In this document: positions 33,999-44,192 of the stretch, in pieces | Numbering within the stretch: position 1 is the stretch's first letter | Layout of the letters: the number at the start of each line of letters is the position of its first letter | NCBI GenBank assembly: GCA_963737635.1 | Contig: CAVTTL010000001.1 | Coordinates: 1,760,001 to 1,824,000, forward strand | Source of the DNA: an uncultured Methanoregulaceae archaeon | Lineage (GTDB): Archaea; Halobacteriota; Methanomicrobia; Methanomicrobiales; Methanospirillaceae | DNA: 64,000 nucleotides | Direction of reading: 5' to 3' | Position numbers and translations under genes: made by a program | The notes under the pieces: model-generated | The model's database searches: none | What the model saw: the letters and a program-made list of their open reading frames with translations, nothing else | What the model was told of the DNA's origin: nothing

Positions 33999-35045
33999 TC
34001 AATGCGAGTGCGCAGGCAACCCGTCATGGCTGTGCTCTTTGATATGATGGTACTCTAGTCCGGACGCAGTCATAGGATCCACGTGAATTGTTGCATCCGA
34101 CAGATACTTGAGATGATGGAGAAGTTCGTGGTTGACTTCTTTTGCGATCGCGTGCCCCTGCTCAACGCTGAGTGACGAATCTACTGTGACGCAAACCTCT
34201 GCATGGAGCCGGTGGCCCAGCCATCTTACTTTCACATCAGTAACCTTACGGACAGCGCTGACATGGTGTGCGACATGGAAAATTTCTTTTGGGATCTCTG
34301 GATCAACGCCATCGAGAAGCCGGATGAAGACTGTTTTTGCCGACTCCCAGACAATCCAGAATATTGCAATCGTAATGACAAGACCGATGATCGGATCGGC
34401 AAGCGGGAACCCGAAATACACGCCGACTGCACCAAGGAGGACGGCTAGACTCGTAAAACCATCCGCTCGTGCATGCTGGCCGTCAGCAACGAGCGCAGCA
34501 CTTCCAATTTCCTTCCCGACCCGGATGCGGAGTTGGGCCACAGATTCATTCCCGATAAACCCGATAACTGCCGCCATTGCGACAGCCCAGAGAAACGTCA
34601 CGGTCTGAGGGTGAATAAGCCGGTTGATGGATTCATACCCGGCGACAATAGCAGATATGAGGATCATCAGCACAACAGCCACACCGGCAAAATCTTCAAC
34701 GCGTCCGTACCCGTACGTAAACCGCCGGGTTGGTTTTCTCCAGGAAAGCAAAAATGCAAACAAGAGTGGGATAGCCGTGAGTGCATCACCGAAGTTGTGG
34801 ATGGTATCGGCGAGAAGGGCGATACTTCCGGAATAATACACAACAACGACCTGCAGGATTGCGGTAATAAACAGCCCGACAAACGACCATTTGACTGCCC
34901 AGATGCCTCGCTCGGTTGCAAAGATTGAAGGATCGACAACGCCGTGCATATGGCCATGCCCATGATGATAATCATGTCCATGAAAATGGCCATGATCATG
35001 GTCGTTATCTTCATAATGTTCATGGTTTTCAGCAGGAGGGATCAT
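33999..35045 (-). CDS. Cation diffusion facilitator (CDF) transporter with His-rich termini
   Basis: SIALLADTIHNFGD, FTYGYGRVE, ADGQHARAD and IHVDP; N-terminal His/Asp tract. Confidence 0.93.
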   Translation of the reverse strand: MIPPAENHEHYEDNDHDHGHFHGHDYHHGHGHMHGVVDPSIFATERGIWAVKWSFVGLFITAILQVVVVYYSGSIALLADTIHNFGDALTAIPLLFAFLLSWRKPTRRFTYGYGRVEDFAGVAVVLMILISAIVAGYESINRLIHPQTVTFLWAVAMAAVIGFIGNESVAQLRIRVGKEIGSAALVADGQHARADGFTSLAVLLGAVGVYFGFPLADPIIGLVITIAIFWIVWESAKTVFIRLLDGVDPEIPKEIFHVAHHVSAVRKVTDVKVRWLGHRLHAEVCVTVDSSLSVEQGHAIAKEVNHELLHHLKYLSDATIHVDPMTASGLEYHHIKEHSHDGLPAHSH

Positions 35046-36253
35046 TCTGTCGGACCTCCTTTCTTCATAACACTCGTCGCGGAAGACTGAGTTTTTGTGT
35101 CCATGGGGACAACGGCAATCGTATTGCCGCTCTCCCGGCAGTAGGTTTCAACCCGCCGGAACACATGCGGCACCATCGACGCAGGTGTCAGGAGCACCGA
35201 GCATTCGCCAACGAGCGCCCGCAAGATACCTTTGTCGATCACGCCATACGTGAAATCGAGCACTATCGATTCGCGCTCTGCTAGATTCTTTGCCCGGGTT
35301 CCCATTGCCCCGCGCTTGTGCCCGGGATTGTTAGCCACCCACACCTTGATTTCATCAGCGCCGGTCGCATCCACATTGCAGACCGTGATGGTCCCAAGAG
35401 CCCTGTCTGCCCGTGGTTTATTGAAATTCTGTTCGAGCGAACTGACAAGCTGCAGGATGGACTTTGGCGACTGTGTCTTTTCCACCATCTGCCGCGAGAC
35501 GAGCTCCGTGTAGACTTCCAGTACCGCAGGCATCCGGAGATTCGAGGATGTGACAAGCACGGGATCCGTAAAGACTTCCTCGGGAGTGCCCGCATGAAGA
35601 ACGGTCCCTTTGTTTATGAGGACGATCTGGTCCGCCCAGAGGTATGCAAGTTCCACATCATGAGTGGAGATAATGATCGTTGCGCCTTTTGCATTGAGCT
35701 CATCAAGCAGTTCCATGAGGTCAGCTGCCCCGGCAGGGTCGAGGGAGCTTGTCGGTTCGTCAAAAACGAGTACCTCCGGGTCCATCGCCAGCGTCCCCGC
35801 GATTGCGGCCCGCTTTTTCTCCCCACCGCTCAGCTGGTGCGGGGGGCGTTTTTCGAACCCTGCCAGCCCCACCTCAAGAAGTGCCCGGTTGACGACCTTC
35901 TCGATCTCGTCTGGTTCCATGCCAAGGTTGAGCGGCCCGAACGCCACGTCCTGGTATACTGTTGGTGCGAAGAGCTGGGTATCCGAGTTCTGGAATACCA
36001 GCCCGACTTTCTTGCGCACCTCACGTAGCGAGCGGCTGTCATACTTGAGGGGTTCACCATCGAGAAGCACCCGCCCCTTCGACGGTTCGAGAACCCCGTT
36101 GCACATCAGGAGCAGGGTGGTTTTCCCGGCACCGTTGGGGCCGACCAGAGCAACCTTGGCTTCTTTTTTTATCGAGAAGTTTACACCGGAAAGCGATTCC
36201 CGGCAGTTCGGGTAGGCGTAGTGAATATTGTCAAATTCGAGCAGGTTTGTCAT
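35042..36253 (-). CDS. cbiO: ECF ATPase CbiO with a ~130-aa C-terminal extension
   Basis: GPNGAGKT, FQNSDTQLFAPTV, LSGGEKKR, FDEPT and STHD. Confidence 0.9.
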   Translation of the reverse strand: MTNLLEFDNIHYAYPNCRESLSGVNFSIKKEAKVALVGPNGAGKTTLLLMCNGVLEPSKGRVLLDGEPLKYDSRSLREVRKKVGLVFQNSDTQLFAPTVYQDVAFGPLNLGMEPDEIEKVVNRALLEVGLAGFEKRPPHQLSGGEKKRAAIAGTLAMDPEVLVFDEPTSSLDPAGAADLMELLDELNAKGATIIISTHDVELAYLWADQIVLINKGTVLHAGTPEEVFTDPVLVTSSNLRMPAVLEVYTELVSRQMVEKTQSPKSILQLVSSLEQNFNKPRADRALGTITVCNVDATGADEIKVWVANNPGHKRGAMGTRAKNLAERESIVLDFTYGVIDKGILRALVGECSVLLTPASMVPHVFRRVETYCRESGNTIAVVPMDTKTQSSATSVMKKGGPTE

Positions 36254-36256
36254 GAT

Positions 36257-37051
36257 TCACCTGAAAGGCACTATCGTGCTGGTCATAATTGCAACAGCAA
36301 TGCAGAGACTCAGATAGATCGCGACAGAGGCAATTGCCCCCGGTTTCGGAGGATTCTGCTGGCCGGGTAATGCCAGTTTGCCGTCATAGCATCGCGAGTC
36401 CATAGCGATGATGAGATCTTCAGCTTCCTTCCATCCCCGGATGAAGAGCATGGCACCGAGCATCCCCATCGAATTCACGGATCGTTTGAACGAGGTATAT
36501 CCGTGCCGGATGGTCTGTGCGTTATGGATAGCGATTGTCTGTGCAATAAAGACGAAGATAAAATGGTAGATCAGCATAGAGAGATCGACCATAACGGGAG
36601 GGACATGCAGTTTGTGCATGACAGAAAAGATCTCGATCATCGGTGTTGTCAGGGCAATGAAGAAGAGCCCACACATCCCGCCAAATGTCCGAACAAGTAC
36701 GAGGGATGCAAGGTTCGCGGAGCCGGTGGTGATAGTCAGCGGGATGTTCGCGACCGTAAACGTAAGGAGGGTATCTCCACTCCCGCTTAAAAACAGAATA
36801 ACGATCACGGAGGAGAATGCAAATATCACGGGAATATGAAGGAGTTCCACATAAACCTGTACCGGTATTTTTGCAAATATCAGGGTGATTGCAGAAAGAG
36901 TAATGAAAATAAACAGCGGGGTCAGCGGGGCCGGGGAGGCAACACAGATAAATATTGCTCCCAAGCCAAGGGCGAGTTTAAGATAGCAGTTTACGTCCCG
37001 CAAAGCATTTGTCTGTGCATAATAATCCAGATTCTCTTCCATAAATGTCAT
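36257..37051 (-). CDS. cbiQ: ECF T component CbiQ
   Basis: Multiple TM helices, TTPM and AMDSRCYDG. Confidence 0.9.
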   Translation of the reverse strand: MTFMEENLDYYAQTNALRDVNCYLKLALGLGAIFICVASPAPLTPLFIFITLSAITLIFAKIPVQVYVELLHIPVIFAFSSVIVILFLSGSGDTLLTFTVANIPLTITTGSANLASLVLVRTFGGMCGLFFIALTTPMIEIFSVMHKLHVPPVMVDLSMLIYHFIFVFIAQTIAIHNAQTIRHGYTSFKRSVNSMGMLGAMLFIRGWKEAEDLIIAMDSRCYDGKLALPGQQNPPKPGAIASVAIYLSLCIAVAIMTSTIVPFR

Positions 37052-37103
37052 AAGGAATACCTATTTTCAGACGTCTCATACGTCAGTAAACTAAAGAGGG
37101 GAG

Positions 37104-37430
37104 TTATGCAGATGTTGCACTATCCCTTTTGCCCCGGTAAAACCCGAAGAAGTATCCAATCACAAATGCTCCGAGGCCAGACTGGATGCTGAAAAGCAAG
37201 GACTCAACTTCGGTACTGGGAGGCGTCCAGAGAGGCTGTATCCAAGGGGTATATCCCGTAGCTTCAATCGCAGCACTGCCTAGATCATCTGATCCCTGCC
37301 AAGTCTCCTGCCCGGGCTTTGCTGTTGCTTGAATATTGGCATTATTTATGAGGAAGAGTGCTGCAAAGATGACGATAAAGACCGCAAAGATGATCTCAAG
37401 TTTGTACTTCGTGAAAAATCTGGGGATCAT
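37104..37430 (-). CDS. cbiN: Cobalt transport protein CbiN
   Basis: WQGSDD, YTPW and PPSTEVESLLFSIQSGLGAFVIGYFFG. Confidence 0.9.
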   Translation of the reverse strand: MIPRFFTKYKLEIIFAVFIVIFAALFLINNANIQATAKPGQETWQGSDDLGSAAIEATGYTPWIQPLWTPPSTEVESLLFSIQSGLGAFVIGYFFGFYRGKRDSATSA

Positions 37431-38125
37431 TTGAAACTCTCCATGATTTTTGTAACCTGCTCCGGTGTGAGTACCTTAAGTTTGACGAGAATATCGCCCC
37501 GGCTCTGGACAATATATTTGAACACGAGCGCGATAAGGAGTCCTTCAACGATAGCAAGAGGAACCTGCGTAACCGCATAGATTGCAAAGAAGGTCTCAAA
37601 GGAGATCAGGAACCCACCGTGCGTTGCCGGGAATGCCGCTGCGAGCTCGATTGCCGTGATAACATAGGTAAAGAGATCCGCGACGAATGCGACGAGAAAA
37701 ATATTTACGAATATGTTCAGATTCACTTTCTTTGCCACCCGGTACACTACATACCCGAGAAGCGGCCCAGCAATTCCCATCGAGAAATCATTGGCGCCAA
37801 GAGTGGTAATCCCGCCATGGGCCATGAACAGCGCCTGGAATATAAGCACGATAACGCTGAGAACGGCTGTAATGAACGGGCCGAACAGCACGGTTGATAA
37901 CCCGGTGCCCGTGGGATGGGAGCAGCTGCCCACAACAGGAGACGGCATCTTCAACGAAGAAAGCAGGAAAATGAAAGCACCGGATACTGCGAGAAGCGAG
38001 AGGGTTTCGCGCTGTTCTTTTACTTGGCGGTTCAGGAGGTAAACTCCATAGATGATGAATGGTGCTGATACAAGGTACCAGAAAACACACCACTGCCAGG
38101 GTAGAAATCCTTCCATAATATGCAT
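37427..38125 (-). CDS. cbiM: Cobalt ECF S component CbiM
   Basis: MHIMEGFLP, GSCSHPTGTG, AHGGITTLGAN and TQVPLAIVEG. Confidence 0.93.
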   Translation of the reverse strand: MHIMEGFLPWQWCVFWYLVSAPFIIYGVYLLNRQVKEQRETLSLLAVSGAFIFLLSSLKMPSPVVGSCSHPTGTGLSTVLFGPFITAVLSVIVLIFQALFMAHGGITTLGANDFSMGIAGPLLGYVVYRVAKKVNLNIFVNIFLVAFVADLFTYVITAIELAAAFPATHGGFLISFETFFAIYAVTQVPLAIVEGLLIALVFKYIVQSRGDILVKLKVLTPEQVTKIMESFK

Positions 38126-38279
38126 AATAATACGAGATCATATTTACTTGCATTAACTAAATAAAACTTGCTAAATAGTGTGAATGAATGTACCGGGATT
38201 TTTTGTAGGATTCTTAAAGATTATTTTCAACAGGACAGGCAAAGTTCATAACGATCGATCCATACCAATAAGCCCAAAT

Positions 38280-38302
38280 AAATGTGGGTACTCCCCAAAC
38301 TT
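38280..38302. promoter_or_regulatory. Candidate DtxR-family operator, copy 1 (AAATGTGGGTACTCCCCAAACTT)
   Basis: 21/23 identical to copy 2; lies upstream of the regulator and between it and the divergent cbiM. Confidence 0.65.
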
Positions 38303-38331
38303 TATCTCCCTGCATTACCCAACTGGCAGTT

Positions 38332-38754
38332 ATGGAAATTGGGGACGGACGCGGACTATCTCCGCGTAAAGTGGAGTACCTGAAATTCGTACACGAACGG
38401 AGCGGCAGGGTGCGAACCACGGATATTGCGCGCGAATTTTCTGTCGACCCCTCAACAATTACAAAGACAATTGCGGAACTTTGTGCCGCGGGTCTTGTCA
38501 CCCATGAGCCGTACCGCGGGATCTGCCTTTCTGATGAGGGGAGACAGCATGCGGAATTCCTTGTCAAGCGCCACCGTATTCTGAGCTTGATGCTCACTCA
38601 TTACGGGTTCTCGCACGATCAGGCGTGCTCAGAAGCCTCGCGTTTTGAATCGCTTGTCACAAAAGATGCCATCGACCGGATCTGCACCGCTATGGGCCAT
38701 CCGCGGCTAGGAGTCTGCGGTGCGATTACGCATGATGACGGTTGTCTTAAGTAA
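38332..38754 (+). CDS. DtxR/MntR-family metal-dependent transcriptional regulator
   Basis: EYLK, wHTH TTDIAREFSVDPSTITK, YRGICLSDEG, KRHRIL and GHP. Start placed at ATG 38332. Confidence 0.9.
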   Translation: MEIGDGRGLSPRKVEYLKFVHERSGRVRTTDIAREFSVDPSTITKTIAELCAAGLVTHEPYRGICLSDEGRQHAEFLVKRHRILSLMLTHYGFSHDQACSEASRFESLVTKDAIDRICTAMGHPRLGVCGAITHDDGCLK

Positions 38755-38806
38755 TGAGATCTTTAACGAAAAAAATTCTTGAATTCTTTCGCATAGAATT
38801 TGAATT

Positions 38807-38829
38807 AAATTTGGGTAATCCCCAAACTT
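38807..38829. promoter_or_regulatory. Candidate DtxR-family operator, copy 2 (core TTTGGG-N5-CCCAAA)
   Basis: Perfect 6-5-6 inverted repeat at 38810-38826, just upstream of a TATTATAT box for the ABC operon. Confidence 0.7.
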
Positions 38830-38897
38830 CTCATAACTATTATATGGATAACCGACGAAGCAGTTGCGCAGCACACATACGGAGAGGGCAGAACATT

Positions 38898-39851
38898 ATG
38901 AATTCTAAAACTTATATCGTCATTGGAGGACTCATCGTTGTCCTCGTTGCAATAATTGCAATTGTTGCAATAGGTGGTTCACACTCAAATGCTGTAGTAA
39001 CTTCACCCAATTCTATTGCCAACAACTCATCACAAAAGATACAAATTGTTGCCGCTGAAAATTTTTGGGGCAGTCTGGTATCACAAATTGGCGGAACGCA
39101 TGTCCAGGTACTGAGCATAGTTTCAGATCCCAATGCCGATCCTCATGAATACGAGAGTAATACTGAGGATGCACGTGCATTTGCAACGGCAGACTATATT
39201 ATTGAAAATGGGGCCGGATACGATGAATGGGCTGACAAACTTATTAGTGCTGGCATCAAACCGAACGCCAAAGTTTTAAATGTAGCAGAACTTATTGGAC
39301 AACAAAACGGCGATAATCCTCATTTCTGGTACAGCCCTGATTATGTGAATCAGACCACAAAACAGATGGAATTAGACCTTATTGCCATTGATCCATCCAA
39401 TGCTCAAGACTATGAGCAGAATTATGCCAATTTGCAAGTGTCGCTTTCCCAATATCAAGGTCGGATCGGTGAGATAAAACAGCAATTTGGAGGTACAAAA
39501 GTTGCTGCCACCGAATCCATCTTTGAATTCCTGGCAAATGCAACCGGCCTTGATCTTGTCTCTCCGTCAGCGTTTACCCACGCTGTTGCCGAAGGGAACG
39601 ATCCACCGGCAGACAGTGTTGTGGAATTTGAGGACCAGCTTAAGAACGATAATGTGAGTGTGCTGGTTTATAACCAACAAACGGTTACCCCGCTCACGGA
39701 TAACATGAAGAAACTGGCCTCGGCACAAGGCATTCCTGTTATTGGTATAACGGAAACGATACAGCCACCCGACGTTTCGTTCCAGGACTGGATGAATGCA
39801 GAACTAATCAGTCTTCAGAATGCACTCAATGCAAATGCTCTTGGAAGTTAA
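38898..39851 (+). CDS. Zn/Mn ABC transporter substrate-binding protein (cluster A-I, ZnuA-like)
   Basis: N-terminal TM anchor, DPHEYE, NGAGYD, NPHFWY and ITET. Confidence 0.9.
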   Translation: MNSKTYIVIGGLIVVLVAIIAIVAIGGSHSNAVVTSPNSIANNSSQKIQIVAAENFWGSLVSQIGGTHVQVLSIVSDPNADPHEYESNTEDARAFATADYIIENGAGYDEWADKLISAGIKPNAKVLNVAELIGQQNGDNPHFWYSPDYVNQTTKQMELDLIAIDPSNAQDYEQNYANLQVSLSQYQGRIGEIKQQFGGTKVAATESIFEFLANATGLDLVSPSAFTHAVAEGNDPPADSVVEFEDQLKNDNVSVLVYNQQTVTPLTDNMKKLASAQGIPVIGITETIQPPDVSFQDWMNAELISLQNALNANALGS

Positions 39852-39854
39852 TCA

Positions 39855-40652
39855 ATGGCAAAAACCATTCCCCCCATTATTACCGCAGAAAACCTAACGG
39901 TTGGATATCAGGACAATATTGTCTGGCAGGACGCCAATTTTACTATTGACCATGGCGAGTTTGTGGCAATCATAGGTCCCAACGGCTCGGGTAAAACAAC
40001 GCTGTTTCGTTTGCTTCTGGGATTGCAGCAACCCATACAGGGCGCTATCAAAGTATTTGACGCCCGACCGAAACGCGGCAACGAACATATCGGATACATA
40101 CCGCAACGGCATGTAATTGATGAAGAAACAACACTTGAATCCCTTGAATTAGTAAGGCTTGGATTTTCCGGCACTAAATGGGGTCTGAACCCGTTTTCCC
40201 GGAACGATCGAAACGCCGCATTTAACGCACTGAAATCTGTCGGGGCTGAAGATCTGGTACACCGTTCTCTTGGAGGTTTATCGGGAGGAGAATTACAGCG
40301 GGTATTTCTCGCTGAAGCATTAGTAAGCGAACCCCACCTGTTATTGCTCGATGAACCGTTGTCAAATCTGGATATCCGGCGTGAGCAGGAATTGGTACAG
40401 GTTATCCATAATGTGGTTCAGGAACGCGATGTCACGGCTTTGCTTATTGCCCACAATATTAATCCTCTTCTGCCGGTGCTCGATAAAGTGATCTATATCG
40501 CCAACGGCAAGGTTGCAATCGGGAAGCCCGATGAAGTCCTGACCTCAGAGGCCTTATCGGCATTATACGGGATTCAGGTCGAGGTTTTGCGGGGATCCCA
40601 GGGCCAGATCGCTGTTATAGGCACTGAAGAAAACCAGCATCATTACGATTGA
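39855..40652 (+). CDS. Zn/Mn ABC transporter ATPase (ZnuC-like)
   Basis: GPNGSGKT, GYIPQ, LSGGELQR and LLDEP. Confidence 0.92.
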   Translation: MAKTIPPIITAENLTVGYQDNIVWQDANFTIDHGEFVAIIGPNGSGKTTLFRLLLGLQQPIQGAIKVFDARPKRGNEHIGYIPQRHVIDEETTLESLELVRLGFSGTKWGLNPFSRNDRNAAFNALKSVGAEDLVHRSLGGLSGGELQRVFLAEALVSEPHLLLLDEPLSNLDIRREQELVQVIHNVVQERDVTALLIAHNINPLLPVLDKVIYIANGKVAIGKPDEVLTSEALSALYGIQVEVLRGSQGQIAVIGTEENQHHYD

Positions 40653-40663
40653 ACAGGTGCTGT

Positions 40664-41545
40664 ATGGTTGACATTTCCTTTAGCCTCAATTTGATAACTG
40701 ATCTCCAGGTGATGTGGCAGTACGACTTCATGCAGCACGCCTTTGAAGCCGGAACAATAATCGCCATCATCGCTGGGATCGTCGGCTATTTTGTCGTGCT
40801 CCGTCGTTCATCATTTGCAGCACACGCTCTTTCCCATGTAGGGTTTGCAGGAGCCGCCGGCGCCGTGCTTTTTGGGGTCGATCCCATCATAGGCCTTCTG
40901 CTGTTTACCAGCGGGGGCGGCATTACGATTGCATTGCTCGGCCGCCGTGCCGCTGCCCGGGACGTTCAGATTGGAACCGTCCTTGCATTCATGCTTGGTT
41001 TAGGCGTCCTCTTCATCAGCCTCTACAGCGGGTATGCTACGGAAGCGTACTCTATCTTATTCGGAGAAATACTGGGTATAAGTTCCAGCGACGTACTAGT
41101 GACGCTTGTTGCCAGCCTGGTAATTCTATTGTTAACCGCGGTCGTATTTCGGCCGCTTCTATTTGCATCGCTTGATGAAGACGTGGCAGAAGCAAAAGGA
41201 TTGCCCACCCTTTTGCTCGGCGTCATTTTTATGCTTCTGGTCGCAGTGGCTACCTCGATCTCTGTCCAGGTTGTCGGGGTACTGCTTATATTCGCATTAA
41301 TGGTGACGCCGGCAGCAATCGCCCAACGGTTAGCGAAACGACCTGTACACGGTATAATGATATCTATCGTTATTGCTTTGTTTGCGACGTGGATTGGCCT
41401 TTTTATCTCGTTTTATGAGCCGTACCCGGTGAGCTTTTTCATAACGAGCATAGTCTTTATTTTGTATGTATTGACCCTGATTTTCCAGAAGGTCAATACG
41501 TCTCTCTCTACCAAGAGGATGCACTTCCATAAAAATGAGGGATGA
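40664..41545 (+). CDS. Zn/Mn ABC transporter permease (ZnuB-like)
   Basis: HALSHVGFAG, LFGEILGI and VGVLLIFALMVTPAA. Confidence 0.92.
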   Translation: MVDISFSLNLITDLQVMWQYDFMQHAFEAGTIIAIIAGIVGYFVVLRRSSFAAHALSHVGFAGAAGAVLFGVDPIIGLLLFTSGGGITIALLGRRAAARDVQIGTVLAFMLGLGVLFISLYSGYATEAYSILFGEILGISSSDVLVTLVASLVILLLTAVVFRPLLFASLDEDVAEAKGLPTLLLGVIFMLLVAVATSISVQVVGVLLIFALMVTPAAIAQRLAKRPVHGIMISIVIALFATWIGLFISFYEPYPVSFFITSIVFILYVLTLIFQKVNTSLSTKRMHFHKNEG

Positions 41546-41696
41546 TCAAAACTCTGTCTAATTAGTTTGGTGCGTTTACGGTTTTGCTGGGGATTCATTT
41601 CGTTAAAATTCTTTCAATAGAAAAGTGGAATTATCGGCATGAGTTACAAATTTAAAAATCAGAAAGACGAATTTCTCCGGACTGTAGTGAAGTCTA

Positions 41697-42851
41697 TTAT
41701 AAAAACGACCGGATCCCGGAGAAGAGAAGAGGCGAGAAGAACCGGATGAGCGAAGGGTTCTTTGCGAGAATGCCGGCAATTTTTGCCGGCCGGTCCATAT
41801 CCCCATAACGGAGAATTTCATCAACGATGGCAGGATTATTCATAGCAAGGATCATCTGATCGATTGTTGAAACCGATAGATGCCTGCGCATCAAAAACAG
41901 ACGGTACCCCAGAGCAAGTTCCCGCCCTAGGTCTTCCTGCCAGAGCCGCTCGTACTCTGCGAGTGCAGCATCGGAGAAGGTGTCATTCTCGCAGCACACC
42001 GCTGCCACCGTCGCTGCATGTAGGGCCGAACGGACACCGGTATAAACCCCCCCGCCTGATGTGGGTTTGGCAAAACCGGCTGCATCGCCGACAAAAAGAG
42101 TCCGGCGGCCATAGGTCCGGGGCATCACGCCAAGCGGAATGGTGCCAGTGACTAGATGTATATCGGAGCGCAGGCCGATTCTCTTTACCAATGCCAAAAA
42201 ACGTTCCCGTACCTGCATTGTCCCGCAAAGCCCCACTCTCGCCCGGCCATTTCCGGAAGGGATGGCCCAACCAAAGAAATCCGGGGATGCGTCCGGGTAG
42301 AGTTCGACTAATCCCGGGTCGTTTTCCCATTTTCCCTCGGCCTGGATACCGGCAAGATAGACCGGTGACCGTTCCATCCCGTACAAGCGGGCAATCGTGC
42401 TCCTGGGACCGTCTGCTGCAATCAGGATCTTAAAAGGGATCTCCTCATGCCCGTTGATCCCACGGGTGATAACCCGGCAATCCCGGACCCCACAGACGGC
42501 TGTTTTGAGCAGGAACTCAGTTCCTGCATCCGCTGCCGTTTGTGCCATCTCCCGGTCGAGCATGGCCCGGTCCACAACATGTGCTTTCGGCGTCTTTGCA
42601 TCGAGAACAAGAGCAGATCCTGCAGAGGGTACTATGCGGGCCCCGGTCACCGTGTTCAGGATAGGACTCCGGGAAACGGCGCATTCGTCAAAAGCGGCAA
42701 GGGAGAGGAGGCCGGCGCACTGCACCGGGTAGCCGATGGTTCCCTGCTCCTCGATGCAGATGACCGAAAGCCCGCGATCTGCGCATGCCCGGGCAGCTGC
42801 ACAGCCCGCCGGGCCGGCACCGGCAATGACGACATCGTAGGCCGGCAGCAT
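41697..42851 (-). CDS. Geranylgeranyl reductase family protein (digeranylgeranylglycerophospholipid reductase-like)
   Basis: GAGPAG, PVQCAG, DRAMLD, ADGPRS, FGWAIP and GDAAGFAKPTSGGG. Confidence 0.88.
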   Translation of the reverse strand: MLPAYDVVIAGAGPAGCAAARACADRGLSVICIEEQGTIGYPVQCAGLLSLAAFDECAVSRSPILNTVTGARIVPSAGSALVLDAKTPKAHVVDRAMLDREMAQTAADAGTEFLLKTAVCGVRDCRVITRGINGHEEIPFKILIAADGPRSTIARLYGMERSPVYLAGIQAEGKWENDPGLVELYPDASPDFFGWAIPSGNGRARVGLCGTMQVRERFLALVKRIGLRSDIHLVTGTIPLGVMPRTYGRRTLFVGDAAGFAKPTSGGGVYTGVRSALHAATVAAVCCENDTFSDAALAEYERLWQEDLGRELALGYRLFLMRRHLSVSTIDQMILAMNNPAIVDEILRYGDMDRPAKIAGILAKNPSLIRFFSPLLFSGIRSFL

Positions 42852-42869
42852 GGCAGGACCTCCGAAAAG

Positions 42870-43472
42870 TTACTGAGGGGGGTTTTGGTCTTCCGGCGGG
42901 TCCTTTTGTTTTGTTGGGAGCCGACAATTGTTGATGAGGAACACACGTGGGGAAATGGGTAATTCATCACCCTCTTTTAGGGAAATACCCATAAAGATCG
43001 CAAAGAGTCCCAGAACAAAAGAAATTGTCCCAACGACGGTCATGATAATAAAAGACCTCATGGCAGGAACATACGTGAGGAAGACATAGAGCAGGATCAC
43101 GCTGCTCGCGATCACCCCGGTCACGAGATAGTATTTCGATCGCGTCCGGGTAAGCGCACAGGATATCCCGGTATAGCCTGCATAGAATGCCAGGATTGCA
43201 ACTGCAAGGACGAAAATAAGGGAGAGGGATTGAGGAAAGAGCGTTTCGATGATTCCAATGAGCAGCAGCCCTGCGGAAAAGAGAAACCAGAAAAGGGATT
43301 CTTCCGCCGGGGAAGTAATAGCGATGAGAATGCAGATGAGAATTCCCGTAATAAGCAGGATCCAGAAAATCCCGGTAAAGAAAGCAAGGACTTGCTGGGG
43401 TACCATCAGCGCGAGACCTCCGAAGATTACCCCTGCCAGCCCTTTGAGGAGGCAGGACAATTTTGCATCCAT
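42870..43472 (-). CDS. Multi-pass membrane protein (HdeD/DUF308-like)
   Basis: About six hydrophobic helices arranged in two repeats. Confidence 0.6.
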   Translation of the reverse strand: MDAKLSCLLKGLAGVIFGGLALMVPQQVLAFFTGIFWILLITGILICILIAITSPAEESLFWFLFSAGLLLIGIIETLFPQSLSLIFVLAVAILAFYAGYTGISCALTRTRSKYYLVTGVIASSVILLYVFLTYVPAMRSFIIMTVVGTISFVLGLFAIFMGISLKEGDELPISPRVFLINNCRLPTKQKDPPEDQNPPQ

Positions 43473-43637
43473 AGAATTACGTCACTGTGATCGCGTTAAT
43501 AGTTTCGTATGCGGGAGCGGGCTCTCCAAGGGGTCTGACTCGCAAAACTACGAAAAGGTTATCAGTGCCGTTATGGTGTAGAGCCATCTGCGATTTGAAC
43601 AGCAGCATACCTCTAAAAAAAAGAAACAGAGGGGAAT

Positions 43638-43868
43638 TTAAGCACGCCCGAACCCGAAAAATTCTATACCCACTAGTTTTTCCAGCACATAGAGAATGGC
43701 AAAGAAGAACACGGCATAAAGGACAAAACTGATGACAAAATTCACCCAGCCCGTCAGGCCTGAATAATTGGTAATCAGATTTGAGAGATTATCTGAAATG
43801 ATAATTGCACAAAGTATCCCCAGGAAAAAGAACACCCATTTCTTGACTTCAGCAAATTCCATACACAT
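43638..43868 (-). CDS. Small 2-TM membrane protein
   Basis: 76-aa hydrophobic ORF with a GAGGGT RBS-like site. Confidence 0.6.
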   Translation of the reverse strand: MCMEFAEVKKWVFFFLGILCAIIISDNLSNLITNYSGLTGWVNFVISFVLYAVFFFAILYVLEKLVGIEFFGFGRA

Positions 43869-44192
43869 TATTTGACCCTCTCCCTATTAAAAACCTGAAA
43901 CCGGCACAGGAAAAATGCACCATTGCCGGGTCTCGGCTCCGGTGCTCATTCGCGGACACCGAGACAAAGACATGAAAGGATCCAAAGATGGACGCGCCAG
44001 CTAGACACTCTTGTAAAATAGTGCCCGGGCATGGCCTCTGCCACCTAAGAAAGTATTTGTGCACCACCTCCCAACTTCACGCAGGAATCCAGAATCGTTT
44101 TCTCGCAGAGCCGGGCAGCAACAAAAACCGGATCTGCGGGAGGGAAAAGAAATGATTCATGAAGGAAAGGAGAGAAATCCCGGGAAACACCT

